From NCBI GenBank assembly GCA_016200225.1, contig JACQFD010000008.1, forward strand, positions 16,433 through 80,432: a stretch of DNA of 64,000 nucleotides. The letters run 5' to 3'. Within the stretch, counting starts at the first letter, position 1. Every line of letters begins with the position of its first letter. Both the position numbers and the translations under genes were made by a program. Shown one piece after another: positions 40,463 through 49,464 of the stretch. The notes beneath the pieces are model-generated. The model had not been told where the DNA came from and ran no database searches. It worked only from the letters and a program-made list of their open reading frames with translations. Source of the stretch: Planctomycetota bacterium (GTDB taxonomy: Bacteria; Planctomycetota; UBA1135; JACQFD01).

Positions 40463-41500
40463 TTATAACTTCACGTTTTCCTTATGTTTGTCGCAGGCTT
40501 TTTTGGCTTTCTGACAGGCGGCGCACTCGGATTTGTAGCCGGGCATGCCCTGATCGACCAATTCCTGCGCGTGTTTCTTCGCCGTATCGGCGATTTTGGT
40601 GCCGGGGCAGGATTTGATCAATTCGGCGTAGACCGCGACGGCTTTTGTGTATTCTTTCGCGGTCTCGAATTCGTGCGCTTTTTCGTACTTCTCGCCGCCG
40701 GAAAGCTCGGATTTAAATTTAGCGTTCGATTCGAGCGATTTTAAGAATTCGGCCGCGTCTTTCGTCGTCGGAAACGGCGGCGCGGCTTTGGCGACGGTCT
40801 GTACGAGGCGAACGGCTTCATAAATAAAACCGTCATCGTTGGCTTTCTTCGCGGATGTTAACGATGAATCCGCCTCGCTTTCGAGAAATTTAGTAAATCG
40901 CTCCGTCCACGCTTTGTCCGCGCCGGAGATTTTCTTAATATCCGCGTACGCTTGCGAAAGTTTGCGCGCGCGGAGCGAAGCCATCACGGGCGCGAACTTT
41001 TCGGGAACGACGCGGCCTTTCTTCGCGCTCGCGAGCGCCGCCATGACTTTCTGTTCCGCCTCGGCGGCGCCGCCGGAAAATATAAGATTTCCGCCCGGAT
41101 CGAGCGCCGCGCCCGTCGGAAAGAACTCCACTTTCAACGCGACGTCGAAATCTTTATTTTTAATAATAACGATCGGGTACGTCGGCTTGAATTTTTGTAC
41201 AAATTGATCGACAAGCTTCGGATCCTCGTCGGTCACCGCGATGACGACCAAACCGTCGGCTTCCTTCTTTTCAGACGTGGTGTTGAGACCGGGGACCCCG
41301 GCCTGGCAGGGTCCTCACCACGTTCGAAAAATATCGAGATAAACGGCCTTGCCTTTCAATTCCGAAAGCGTTAGCGGCGGCGAATTATACCATTTTACCG
41401 CGTCGAATTCGGGGGGCGGCGCGCCGAGTTTTGCCTGCGCGGATGCGGCGGGAGCGAGCGCGCCCGCGACGGTGAGAATCGCGATTGTGATGTTTCGCAT
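40463..41500 (-). CDS. Selenocysteine-containing TlpA/redoxin-like protein (UxxC) with C-terminal helical/TPR-like region, 345 aa
   Basis: ORFs 41315-41500 and 40463-41251 are in one frame, separated only by TGA at 41315-41317. Readthrough gives signal peptide...GKAVYLDIFRTW-U-GPCQAGVPGLN...GLVVIAVTDED...FFPTGAALDPGG. Confidence 0.85.
41286..41304 (-). promoter_or_regulatory. Putative bacterial SECIS hairpin
   Basis: +11 to +29 after the UGA: AGGCCGGG-GUC-CCCGGUCU, an 8 bp stem (one G-U) with a G-first apical loop at +19. Confidence 0.65.
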
Positions 41501-41532
41501 ATTAGTAATAATAACGTTGGTGAACGAGAAAA

Positions 41533-41949
41533 TTATGATTTTCGCCTGCGGTAGACGGCTTTCATAATAGTGAAAAAGCCGCCGTCCGGCGTCGGGAGTT
41601 CGATCGTAAATAACAATTCGTCGGGCGTAATTTCGCGCGTCGTTTCCTTTAATTTAGAAACGCCCATGGCCGATTGCATCTCGCCGACAAACGTCATCGT
41701 TTTCGCGCGTTCGTCGAGCGTGCCGGTCATGTTGAGGATCGACGTCGACATCGAATCGACCCAGCAATGCACATATTTTTGCTGCATCATATCAAATCCG
41801 GCGACGCCGTGGCCCGTGAAGGGGCGGCCCGCCATGTCGCCGCGAAAGTCCATCACTTGCCAAAGTCCCCCGCCGGTCATGCGAATGTTCATTTCGCCCG
41901 CCCCGATCATTCTGCACCGGAATCCGCGAAAATATGCGAGACAAATCAC
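41533..41949 (-). pseudogene. DUF1579 family copy A, 5'-degenerate or truncated
   Basis: GGLWQVMDFRGDMAGRPFTGHG...WVDSM matches the DUF1579 gene at 47069. The upstream in-frame sequence (..GPHGDLQS*ISEV..) is interrupted by a stop and has no signal peptide. Confidence 0.6.
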
Positions 41950-42132
41950 TTCGGAAATTCAGCTTTGGAGGTCCCCATGCGGCCCGATCGTCGAGGGCTT
42001 CTGGAACCGTTGCCCGGCTGTGCCTTCCGGAGAGTTTGAATGATTCATGGGGTCGATTTCGCACGATCATCGTTCTTGACAATTCTAGCCGCATTGAAAT
42101 ATAAATTCTAATCCTGCAACACCCGAAAATTC

Positions 42133-43692
42133 ATGTCACTATCAAGAATTCTACTAATCATTTCGTGCGTCGTTCTTCTACTCATGAGCGGAAACGCGGT
42201 GGATGCCGCGGTTTTCAGTCCATTTAAACCCGTCGCTGTATTTATATCAAATCAGGTTGGCACGGGCAAGGCCGAGTTGTTTTCAACCAATATTATTGGA
42301 TCACCAGATTTAAATTTATCCGACAATCTCGTAACCGGCGGAAACGTCTCGTCGTTTACGTGGTCTCCGAACCGAAAATCGGTCGGGTTTATCGCCGACA
42401 AGATCACGGATGGTGTTCCCGAATTATTTATAGTTTCCGTGACAGGGAGCGCACTGGTTCGAGTATCTGCGCCCCTTGCCGCCGGCGAGTCCGTGACTCT
42501 TTTTGTATGGTCGCCGAAATCAAATAAGATCGCGTACGCAGTCTCCTCGGCCGGTCACATTTCCGTCCACGTCGTGAATCCCGACGGTTCCGCAAACGTG
42601 AAAGTAGGACAGACGCAATCTGTCAATTCGATCACTGCCGCGAAAGTTGCATTTTCGCCGAAGAGCGATAAATTAATGTTCATGGTCGATAACGATACAT
42701 CGGGAGAGACAGATGTGTTTGTTTGCAACGCCGACGGTTCGAATATTCTTAATATCTCCTCCCCAATGGTCGTCGGCGGCACGTCAGGGGCCGCCGCGTG
42801 GTCCCCGGATTCGAAATTCATCGCATACGTTGCGGACAAACTAATTGATGACAAGTCGGAATTATTCATTTGCAAGCCCGACGGCACCGGAACGCTAAAA
42901 ATGAACGGAACGCTTGTCGCGAATGGTAATATTTCAAGTTTTGCGTTTTCGCCAAATGCGAAAAGCATCGTGTATCGGGCCGATGAAGTGACGGACAATA
43001 TCTTCGAATTGTTTGCGACCAACGTGGACGGAAGCGGAAAGGTAAAGATCTCGCCCGCGCTTTCGGCGACACAGGACGTCGCGAATGTTATCAAATGGTC
43101 GCCGAAAGGCGATCACGTCGCTTATTTTGTCACCGATACGGTTGCTGCAAACCCAACGGGTATATTCGTAGCGAAGCGCGACGGTTCGCAGAATATACAA
43201 ATCAGCCCGCCTGCCAACAAGGCCAAGAGCATCGGCGGAATTGTATGGACAAAGGACTCGAAATCGATCATTTACGAAGCGGATCAGAACGTACTGGGGC
43301 AGCTGGAGTTATTCAGGGCGGCCCGCGACGGCTCGAAGATGACCGATCTCGTGGCAGGCCTTGTGACAACTGGGAGCACGTCTGGATTTAATATATCGCC
43401 AAAGACCGATCGCGTCGCGTTCGCGGCCAGCGAAACGTCGACGGGTCCTGTTGAAGGCTACGTCGTCCGCGCGGACGGCACAAACCTTACAAAAATTTCG
43501 ATTCCGCCGGGTGCGAACAAACTTGTTAAAGCACCGTTCTTCGCGTCAAAGCAAAATCGGATTATTTACAAAGAAGACAATTTGACGGACGGAACCAGCC
43601 TATTGTTTATTTCCAATGCGACGGGAAGCATGATCGAGCTCCTTTCATTCCAAGCGGGATCGGGCTCCGTCGTAAGTTTCGAAGTCGAATAA
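42133..43692 (+). CDS. Secreted TolB/PD40-like beta-propeller protein
   Basis: Signal peptide; about 8 repeats of WSP.(S)K.(I)AY.AD......ELF....DG. Confidence 0.85.
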   Translation: MSLSRILLIISCVVLLLMSGNAVDAAVFSPFKPVAVFISNQVGTGKAELFSTNIIGSPDLNLSDNLVTGGNVSSFTWSPNRKSVGFIADKITDGVPELFIVSVTGSALVRVSAPLAAGESVTLFVWSPKSNKIAYAVSSAGHISVHVVNPDGSANVKVGQTQSVNSITAAKVAFSPKSDKLMFMVDNDTSGETDVFVCNADGSNILNISSPMVVGGTSGAAAWSPDSKFIAYVADKLIDDKSELFICKPDGTGTLKMNGTLVANGNISSFAFSPNAKSIVYRADEVTDNIFELFATNVDGSGKVKISPALSATQDVANVIKWSPKGDHVAYFVTDTVAANPTGIFVAKRDGSQNIQISPPANKAKSIGGIVWTKDSKSIIYEADQNVLGQLELFRAARDGSKMTDLVAGLVTTGSTSGFNISPKTDRVAFAASETSTGPVEGYVVRADGTNLTKISIPPGANKLVKAPFFASKQNRIIYKEDNLTDGTSLLFISNATGSMIELLSFQAGSGSVVSFEVE

Positions 43693-43700
43693 CTGGGACC

Positions 43701-43736
43701 GAGAGGCGGCGGGGACGCGGCCCCGCCGTCGTTCTC
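43701..43736. terminator. Hairpin between convergent ORFs
   Basis: GGCGGCGGGG-ACGCGG-CCCCGCCGTC stem-loop. Confidence 0.55.
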
Positions 43737-43763
43737 ATCAATCATTATTGTCTTTATCGTTAG

Positions 43764-44136
43764 CTACTTCCGCCGCGTGTAATCGATCTGTAGCATTTTA
43801 TTCTCGACGCCGAGGTCGATCTCGCTGAGCGTCATCGTTCCCGCGTCGTTCCCGTGATATTGAAAGACGTTTTTGTAATATACGACTTTATTGTTACGCA
43901 TCGGATCGGGCGCCGAAGCATAAGTCGTCATCGTATTGGTCGCCGCGTCATAGGATCCCTCGTACACCGCGCCGATCGGATTCATCGAATCGACGCAGCA
44001 ATGCACATATTTTTGCTGCATCATATCAAATCCGGCGACGCCGTGGCCCGTGAAGGGGCGGCCCGCCATGTCGCCGCGAAAGTCCATCACTTGCCAAAGT
44101 CCCCCGCCGGTCATGCGAATGTTCATTTCGCCCGCC
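43764..44136 (-). pseudogene. DUF1579 copy B, chimeric fragment (middle of copy A joined to 3' half of copy C)
   Basis: 43983-44136 = 41749-41902 (154 bp, 1 mismatch). 43764-43994 = 47069-47299 (231 bp, 3 synonymous mismatches seen). The two tracts overlap in CATCGAATCGAC. Confidence 0.9.
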
Positions 44137-44145
44137 AGTGGATAC

Positions 44146-46869
44146 CTATTGTACGGTGATTGAAAGGGCGCGTGAACTTACAAGCTGAGAGTCGCCCGCG
44201 CCACAGTTTTCGCCGATCGAAGCGTCCTCGAGAAATATGAATTCGATGTATCTTACGATTCCATGAAGGTTCGGATCATTTGGAATCGCGATGGGCAGGA
44301 ACCCCTGGCCGAATCGATTACAATTCAGCGGACAGGCCGCGAGCCCCGACGAGGCAAAAGGATCCACATATAATAATAGATTAACGAAGAAAAAGTCGGC
44401 GCCGTTTGGATTTGACACATCGCCCAGAATCGCCGCGCCGGCCGCGCCGCGCGGAGCATTGGTTACGTATACGCCAAAAAGTGAATTCCCAACCGTTGGA
44501 AGCGACGCCACGGAGACTCCCATGACTCCGAAACAGCCGGGTGTTGCCGTGCCGATTGGCGATGTGCCGGAGTAGATTGTTTGTATATTCATTAAACTAT
44601 AAATCGTCGACGATCCAAAAAACGCGGCGTCGACGCGGCCGTCGGAATCGAGGTCGCCAAGCGCTGGATAATCCGTAACCAGTGGAGTGGAAATAATACT
44701 TGGAAAGGTGATCGATCCGGATCCATCATTAAGGAATGGCGCGATGACATGCGCTCCGGGAAATCCGATCATCGCATCATTTGAACCGTCTCGATTCAGG
44801 TCGACGCAGAGCAAGCTGCTAATTCCATATGTAACAGCGGGAATTTTTACTGGCGGGCCCGCGAGACCTAATCCGGTATTATAATAAACAAAGAGCTGGA
44901 TCGGATCGACGTTCTGCGCCGACATTAGAAGTAAATCGAACTGCGCGTCGCCATTCAAGTCTACCAATGTAATCGACTGAGGATAGGCCACCGCCGGATC
45001 GACGACCTGTGGAGGCAAAAACGTGCCATTCCCATTGCCGATATAGTAAGAAGTTAAAAAATTGATAATGTCCGCGACTCCATCATTATTGATGTCGCCG
45101 ACGTCAATTTTGAGCGGAGTCGTGGCCGTCGACGCCGGAAGCGACGCCCCCTGCGCAAATGCACCGACGCCATTATTAATATATATTTCGGTGGCCTTTC
45201 GCGCGATGACGAAATCCGGGGAGCCGTCGCCGTTCAAGTCGGACACATGGGTCTCGGCACCTGCGCTGGTTGAAAGGTTTTGATGTGGCTGAATTGTCTG
45301 GGATAATTGAAATGTCCCGCCAGCGCCCCCATGATAGATATTAACAATTTTCTTATCATTCGCCGGAATTATCATATCCAATACACCGTCCAAATTCAAA
45401 TCGGCAACGGCCACGTCGCCAATTCCGGCTGAAGTGAATACTGAAAAATCGGATGTGAATAGAAATCCCCCGACACCGTCGCCATTCAGGATCGTTACTT
45501 TGCTTGCGTTTGCGCACACGTCGTCCAATTTTCCGTCGCCATTGATATCCACAAGTTTTGATATGTAACAAGAACTTGGCGCGGCAAAACTCTGGAAGGC
45601 CGTGAAAAATCCACCCAAGCCGTTGCCCCGCTTGATACCAACCCGATCAATATTAGATTCGGCAAAGACCACGTCCTGTTTGCCGTCGCCGTCGAAATCG
45701 GCCGCGCGCGCACAGACCGATTCAATGAGTGAATCGACGAATACAGGATTCACGGCGCCGCCGTTCCCGTCCCCAATTGTCAGCGTACATCCGCCCGTTG
45801 CAAGATATGTGAGCGGATTTGCCGCGATGAAATCCGCTTTTCCGTCAGCATTATAATCTCCAAGGTCGAGACAATCCGGTGATGCGCCCGAATTGGAATT
45901 AATAATCGTTGGAAACTGACCCTGCCCGTTACCGAGGGCAATTGTAAGGATATGGTTCGGAATCGCCGATATTAAATATATATTCGGTCCCCTCCAGAAA
46001 AAGACAGAATACCCGGAGTAACTGCATCCGACGACCAGGTCTTCATTTCCGTCGAAATTTGCGTCGAGGATCCGCACATTCGACGGCCCAAGCTCGGTTA
46101 TAACTACAAAAAATGGCGGAAATACGCCCGGAGAACTAGCGAGAGAGACTTGAGCTGTCTTGGCGGCAATGTATGGAAGCGGACCTGACGAGGGCGAGGG
46201 AACGAAGCCGACGGATTGGTATTTATTCGTTACGACAAGATCCGGAAGTCCATCGTGATTCAGGTCTCCGGTCGCCGCGTCGGAAGGATAGTAGCCGGCA
46301 AAGAGCTTGGTTGAACTGGTGAACGCGCCAGTGTTATTCGCGAAGGCAATACTAATATCCTGGGTCGATGCCTGCAGGTGGGTTGTCACAACATCGATGA
46401 AACCATCCAGATTCAGGTCGGCCGCCGTGATACTTGACGTGTTTCCGAGAATGATTGGATACGAGGCGCCTTGTGGAAAACCTCCGAGTCCATTTCCTAA
46501 GAATACCGTAAATGCTCCCGATTGGCCGCCCGCGCAAAGGATATCAAGTTTTCCATCTTGATTCATATCGGCCACGGCGATCGGGCCAGGTCCCGTGCTG
46601 ACACTAATATACTTCACGTCAAAGGGCTGGCCGTTTAATTGATTTAAGAGAATCGCGATTGAACCGGTTGGCGTCGATGTTACCAATGTTACGGCGGAAT
46701 CGGGCGCTCCGTCCTGATTGAAGTCCGCCACGACCATCCCGGCGGGACTATTGGAAAGCAGTACACAATCATCCTTAAAGATCCCCTGCGCGTTCGCGCG
46801 CGATAATAACAATACAAAGAGACTAATGAATACGCCCGTCCACGCTGATTGAGTCAAAAGCTGCCGCAT
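44146..46869 (-). CDS. FG-GAP/VCBS repeat secreted protein 3
   Basis: Signal peptide from ATG 46869; ADFNQDGAPD-type repeats; C-terminal ...AIPNDPNLHG...VSSRALSITVQ domain. Confidence 0.9.
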   Translation of the reverse strand: MRQLLTQSAWTGVFISLFVLLLSRANAQGIFKDDCVLLSNSPAGMVVADFNQDGAPDSAVTLVTSTPTGSIAILLNQLNGQPFDVKYISVSTGPGPIAVADMNQDGKLDILCAGGQSGAFTVFLGNGLGGFPQGASYPIILGNTSSITAADLNLDGFIDVVTTHLQASTQDISIAFANNTGAFTSSTKLFAGYYPSDAATGDLNHDGLPDLVVTNKYQSVGFVPSPSSGPLPYIAAKTAQVSLASSPGVFPPFFVVITELGPSNVRILDANFDGNEDLVVGCSYSGYSVFFWRGPNIYLISAIPNHILTIALGNGQGQFPTIINSNSGASPDCLDLGDYNADGKADFIAANPLTYLATGGCTLTIGDGNGGAVNPVFVDSLIESVCARAADFDGDGKQDVVFAESNIDRVGIKRGNGLGGFFTAFQSFAAPSSCYISKLVDINGDGKLDDVCANASKVTILNGDGVGGFLFTSDFSVFTSAGIGDVAVADLNLDGVLDMIIPANDKKIVNIYHGGAGGTFQLSQTIQPHQNLSTSAGAETHVSDLNGDGSPDFVIARKATEIYINNGVGAFAQGASLPASTATTPLKIDVGDINNDGVADIINFLTSYYIGNGNGTFLPPQVVDPAVAYPQSITLVDLNGDAQFDLLLMSAQNVDPIQLFVYYNTGLGLAGPPVKIPAVTYGISSLLCVDLNRDGSNDAMIGFPGAHVIAPFLNDGSGSITFPSIISTPLVTDYPALGDLDSDGRVDAAFFGSSTIYSLMNIQTIYSGTSPIGTATPGCFGVMGVSVASLPTVGNSLFGVYVTNAPRGAAGAAILGDVSNPNGADFFFVNLLLYVDPFASSGLAACPLNCNRFGQGFLPIAIPNDPNLHGIVRYIEFIFLEDASIGENCGAGDSQLVSSRALSITVQ

Positions 46870-47068
46870 CGAATTCGTCCATTGGTTAGCAAACCGACAA
46901 ATGGAACCGGGACACCCTACCCGGGAACGCCTCCCCACGGGGGCCTAAAATAAATTTGCAATGCAGCGCGCCGTTGTCGGGAACGCGGAGAGCCGTTGCC
47001 AGCCGCGCGACCCGAAACCGGTTCGCGCGGCCTTTCAGGCGGCCAGAAACGCAATAATAAATCGAATC

Positions 47069-47695
47069 CTATTTCCGCCGCGTGTAATCGATCTGTAGCA
47101 TTTTATTCTCGACGCCGAGGTCGATCTCGCTGAGCGTCATCGTTCCCGCGTCGTTCCCGTGATATTGAAAAACGTTTTTGTAATATACGACTTTATTGTT
47201 ACGCATCGGATCGGGCGCCGAAGCGTAAGTCGTCATCGTATTGGTCGCCGCGTCATAGGATCCCTCGTACACCGCGCCGATCGGATTCATCGAATCGACC
47301 CAGTATGTTACAAATTTTCCCTTGACCGGATCATAACCATTCAGTCCGTGGCCGGTGAACGGCGTTCCCATGAAATCGCCGCTGAACTCGACCACCTGCC
47401 AGAATCCGCCGGCGGAAGTTTTTCGCGTCTCCATGGCCTTGCTCACCATTTCGGGCGCCGACGGATCGGGGCGCATTTTAATAACTGCGTCCCAGACTCC
47501 GTCGTTTTGTTGTATCATCGCGTGTTGCGGACCCGGCTTCGGCATCGCCGCATCCATGCTCATCGCCATCGACGCGTCCATCGTTGCCATCGCGCCGGAC
47601 GATTTCTTGTCGTTAGTCCCAGACTTGCATGCTACAAATACAAGAAGCCCCGCGGAAATAACGACTGCTTTCAAGGAAGTGTTTTTATTCATCAT
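47069..47695 (-). CDS. DUF1579 family lipoprotein, copy C (intact)
   Basis: Lipobox-like LLVFVA-C; PKPGPQH, GVWD, GGFW, FTGHG..GYDP.K.KFV.YWVDSM. Confidence 0.85.
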   Translation of the reverse strand: MMNKNTSLKAVVISAGLLVFVACKSGTNDKKSSGAMATMDASMAMSMDAAMPKPGPQHAMIQQNDGVWDAVIKMRPDPSAPEMVSKAMETRKTSAGGFWQVVEFSGDFMGTPFTGHGLNGYDPVKGKFVTYWVDSMNPIGAVYEGSYDAATNTMTTYASAPDPMRNNKVVYYKNVFQYHGNDAGTMTLSEIDLGVENKMLQIDYTRRK

Positions 47696-47986
47696 TGGGT
47701 TTACGTAATATAACAAACAGGGTTTTCAGGCGGCCATCGCCCCGCCAATACGGGGCGATCGCGGAACGTCCGGAAATGAATAGCCCGAAATTACGTGTCA
47801 TTCGTCCTCAATACCAACAAAATCGCCCTCTAAAACCCGCATTACTCATGAAGTCTATGAAGATGGCCGACAGTGTGTCGCCAAATGTAAGGCGCGACGA
47901 CGGCGCGACCGAGCACGGTCTCGCCGGAGGAGCAACGCAACAGTTGGCGGCACAATGTGTGGCCAGATTCGTGGAATTCATGAATA

Positions 47987-48640
47987 ATGCGGGTTAACAT
48001 GCCTTCCGCCGCGACCGCAATTCTTTGGGATCTCGACGGCACGCTCGTCGACAGCGAACCGCTGCACCGGCGCGCGATTCTGGAGGCGCTCGCCGCGCGC
48101 GGCGCCGATCCGACAGCGCTCGATCCGCGCGATTTTGTCGGGCGCGGCGAGCGCGATTTCTGGCTTTTTTGTAAAGATCGATTCTCTCTCGCCGAACCGG
48201 TGGAGGCGCTCGTCGATCATAAAGATTCGATTTATACAGAAATGGTCCGCGTCGAATTGCAAGTAATGCCGGGCGCGATCGATTGCCTCGAACAATTCGC
48301 CGCGGCGCGCAAACCCATGGCGATCGCCTCCGGTTCGTCCCCACGAGCGATCGCCGCGGCGGTCTCCGCCGTCGGCCTTGGTCACTACTTCCGCGAACTC
48401 GTATCGTCGCTCGACCCGGCCGTCCGTCGCAGCAAACCGCACCCGGATGTTTTCCTCGAAGCGGCGCGCCGACTCGGCGTAGACCCGCGGGAATGTTTGG
48501 TCATCGAAGACGCACAATGGGGAGTGCGCGCAGCCGTTGCGGCGGGAATGCGCGTCATTGTCGTTCCTAACAGTTGGACCCGCGATCATGATTTTTCGGG
48601 GGCCGAAAAAGTATTAAAGTCGCTGGCGGAATTAAAGTAA
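47987..48640 (+). CDS. HAD-superfamily phosphatase (beta-PGM/CbbY-like)
   Basis: DLDGTLVDSE, ASGS, KPHPDVF, EDAQWG motifs I-IV. Start may be 47999. Confidence 0.95.
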   Translation: MRVNMPSAATAILWDLDGTLVDSEPLHRRAILEALAARGADPTALDPRDFVGRGERDFWLFCKDRFSLAEPVEALVDHKDSIYTEMVRVELQVMPGAIDCLEQFAAARKPMAIASGSSPRAIAAAVSAVGLGHYFRELVSSLDPAVRRSKPHPDVFLEAARRLGVDPRECLVIEDAQWGVRAAVAAGMRVIVVPNSWTRDHDFSGAEKVLKSLAELK

Positions 48641-48782
48641 ACGTTGGATCGGCCAATCATTGACAACAATATTAACGATTGGCTTTTGTTGTTAAGGAAA
48701 TGCAGTTATATCGGCAAGAGCGTGCGGCAAACCCCGACGCGACCCACACGCCAGCGCGTGGCACACGCCTGGCGGTGGCCTT

Positions 48783-49014
48783 TCAGAGTTTTACGCGGAG
48801 ACGCGGAGCCAGAAGGAGACGCGGAGGACAGAGAGAACGCGGAGAAAACCGAGAATACAATTGTAAGTTTTGGTTTTCTCCGCGTCTCCGCGTGCAGGTC
48901 TTCTCTCCGCGTCTCCGCGTGGATTTTCGGTTCCGAAACGTTACAATTGAATTGCGCGCGGGTGCGGGCTCTCCGCGTCTCCTCTCCCCTCCGCGTCTCC
49001 GCGTGAAATTCTGA
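48783..49014. mobile_element. MITE/REP-cluster-like 232 bp element with 26 bp imperfect terminal inverted repeats
   Basis: Left TCAGAGTTTTACGCGGAGACGCGGAG versus reverse complement of the right end TCAGAATTTCACGCGGAGACGCGGAG (24/26). Multiple internal (C)TCCGCGT units. Lies between convergent genes. Confidence 0.55.
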
Positions 49015-49059
49015 GTGAAGTGGACCCGCCCCGCGTTTATTAGCCTTATTGTTTACTTA

Positions 49060-49464
49060 TCAATCCGCCGCGATCGCTTCAATTTCTACTTTTGCCCCTT
49101 TTTCCAACAAATCGGCGACTTGAACCAATGTCATTGCGGGGTACGTCTTCCCCATGACATCGCGATAAACTTTTCCAATGTCGGCCAGCCTCGAACTGTA
49201 TTCATTTTTGTTTGTGACATAAATGACGAGTCTTACGATCGCCGAAGGCTCCGCGCCGCCCGCGCGCGCGACGGTCGCGACGTTTTCGAGTGCTTTTTTA
49301 AATTGTAAAACGAAATCGTCCGAAACGATTTGTTGTTTTTCGTTCCAGCCGACTTGTCCGGCGATATATAGAATCTTCTCCGCGCCGGTCACGGCGATTC
49401 CATTATTATATCCGCTCGGGCGAGGCCAGCCCGGGACATTCACGGGTTCGATGCGGGCGGTCAT
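49060..49464 (-). CDS. RidA/YjgF/YER057c family protein
   Basis: PRPSGYNNG, LYIAGQVG, YPAMTLVQV..L...AKVEIEAIA. ATG overlaps the upstream TGA (ATGA). Confidence 0.9.
   Translation of the reverse strand: MTARIEPVNVPGWPRPSGYNNGIAVTGAEKILYIAGQVGWNEKQQIVSDDFVLQFKKALENVATVARAGGAEPSAIVRLVIYVTNKNEYSSRLADIGKVYRDVMGKTYPAMTLVQVADLLEKGAKVEIEAIAAD

Noticed and set aside
41950-41975. In-frame TGA upstream of DUF1579 copy A as Sec or recoding
   Set aside because: Not at a Cys-type motif and no convincing hairpin; a nonsense mutation or unrelated sequence is more likely
42040-47069. Integron cassette array
   Set aside because: No paired RYYYAAC/GTTRRRY attC cores identified, no intI, and the cargo genes point in opposite directions
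43764-47299. Near-identical DUF1579 tracts as a DGR template/variable pair
   Set aside because: Mismatches are not adenine-specific (A/G, T/C, C/T; all synonymous) and there is no reverse transcriptase in the window
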